This document shows, piece after piece, positions 16,773 through 17,652 of a DNA stretch of 17,652 bases. The DNA is from Nitrospirota bacterium (GTDB lineage: Bacteria; Nitrospirota; UBA9217). The notes beneath the pieces are model-generated. The model was not told where the DNA came from. It did no database searches and worked only from the letters and a program-made list of their open reading frames with translations. The position numbers and the translations under genes are program-made. Position 1 is the first letter of the stretch. Each line of letters begins with the position of its first letter. The stretch lies in assembly GCA_029858565.1 (NCBI GenBank), contig JAOUEV010000064.1:1-17652 (forward strand). Reading direction: 5' to 3'.

Positions 16773-17651
16773 TCAGGATTTTCCGAATGGACAGACCGGA
16801 TACCGGCATTCCTTGCATTTCAGACACAGACCGCCATGGCCCAGTTCGGCAAGCTCCCGCCTCCCCACCCGTTTTCCGGCAAGCACGCGGGGCAGCACAA
16901 GATCGAAGATCGTGGTCTTTGCATACATGCCGCAAGCTGGAATCCCGAGAATGGGAATTGCGCCGACGTAGGCAACAAGGAACATTGCGCCGGGAAGCAC
17001 GGCCGAACCGTAGGTCACATCGGTTGCCCCCAGTTCTCGAATTGCAAACCGCGTTACGTCATCGGGATCAACAGACATACCACCCGTGGCGATCAGAAGG
17101 TCAGCCCCTGCTTTCAGCAGCTCCCGCAGCCGGTCCACGATGAAGGCCTTATCGTCCGGCGCATAATAAACGCCCGCAAGCTCGCCGCCGATCTCTTCGA
17201 TTTTTTTCGTGATGACCGGCGCGAAAGCGTCCTTGATCCTACCGTGATATACTTCGTTTCCCGTGATCACGACGCCAACCTTCGGTTTTCTGATCTCCTT
17301 GACGCTGATGATCTGCTTGGCTCGTGCGCCAACGGCAACAGCCTCATTGACGATATGCTTTTTGACGACCAAAGGGATCGCTCTGGTCCCTGCCACGGTC
17401 TGCCCTTTCTTCACGACCGTATTGCTATGCAGCGTCGCGGCCATTACCTCGCCGAGCATGTTGAATTCCAAAAGCGCGTCACGGTCGATCTTCAGGAGGC
17501 CGTCCCGTTCGGCGACGATGCTGATCTTGCCTTCTTTCGGCTCACCTTTGATGGCGACTCCGTCACCCATGATCGCCTTTGCGATGGCATAGGCCGCGTC
17601 ATTTTCGTGCATTTCGTCATCAGCAACCTGCAGCACAAAGAGGTGTTCCTT
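16773..17651 (-). CDS. MoeA-like molybdopterin-binding protein with C-terminal Cys cluster (5' end outside window)
   Basis: VAGTRAIPL, GVVITGNEVYHGRIKDAF, TGGMSVDPDDVT, YGSAVLPGAMF, GIPACGMY, tail GGLCLKCKECRYPVCPFGK. The frame stays open to the window edge (KEHLFVLQ). Confidence 0.88.
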   Translation of the reverse strand, partial: KEHLFVLQVADDEMHENDAAYAIAKAIMGDGVAIKGEPKEGKISIVAERDGLLKIDRDALLEFNMLGEVMAATLHSNTVVKKGQTVAGTRAIPLVVKKHIVNEAVAVGARAKQIISVKEIRKPKVGVVITGNEVYHGRIKDAFAPVITKKIEEIGGELAGVYYAPDDKAFIVDRLRELLKAGADLLIATGGMSVDPDDVTRFAIRELGATDVTYGSAVLPGAMFLVAYVGAIPILGIPACGMYAKTTIFDLVLPRVLAGKRVGRRELAELGHGGLCLKCKECRYPVCPFGKS

Positions 17652-17652
17652 G

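Noticed and set aside
43-17592. Many long plus-strand ORFs (e.g. 98-880, 252-1448, 3796-4821, 8100-9335, 9518-10483)
   Set aside because: They are antisense shadows of well-supported minus-strand genes in GC-rich DNA and carry no recognisable motifs.
1-17652. CRISPR array, tRNA or rRNA
   Set aside because: No regularly spaced repeat-spacer units or structured RNA gene signatures were seen.

Overview
Bacterial window, moderately GC-rich, with all credible genes on the minus strand. Gene content and intergenic repeats suggest an anaerobe of Nitrospirota or deltaproteobacterial type (inference only). In transcription order (right to left): (1) a 5'-truncated MoeA-like molybdopterin-binding protein; (2) an eight-gene arsenic-resistance/thiol-redox operon (ArsP-type permease, DUF2703-like Cys protein, small thioredoxin-like protein, ArsR, Acr3, lipoprotein thioredoxin, CcdA, ArsC); (3) a HesB/IscA-like selenoprotein that the ORF track splits in two (in-frame TGA plus SECIS-like hairpin); (4) a two-gene SUF-like minimal Fe-S system (SufC/SmsC + SufBD/SmsB); (5) a PhnD-like binding protein and hybrid histidine kinase, bracketed by a diverged duplicate of the sufBD 3' end; (6) an OmpA/MotB-like lipoprotein; (7) a sigma54 response regulator; (8) an outer-membrane beta-barrel; (9) a sigma54 promoter with tandem enhancer-like palindromes, a 26-codon chemoreceptor remnant and an intact MCP. 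Best leads: the Sec-containing A-type carrier next to the minimal Fe-S system and ars operon, the sensor cassette apparently inserted at the sufBD 3' end, and a possible AioXSR-like oxyanion-sensing circuit driving a chemoreceptor.
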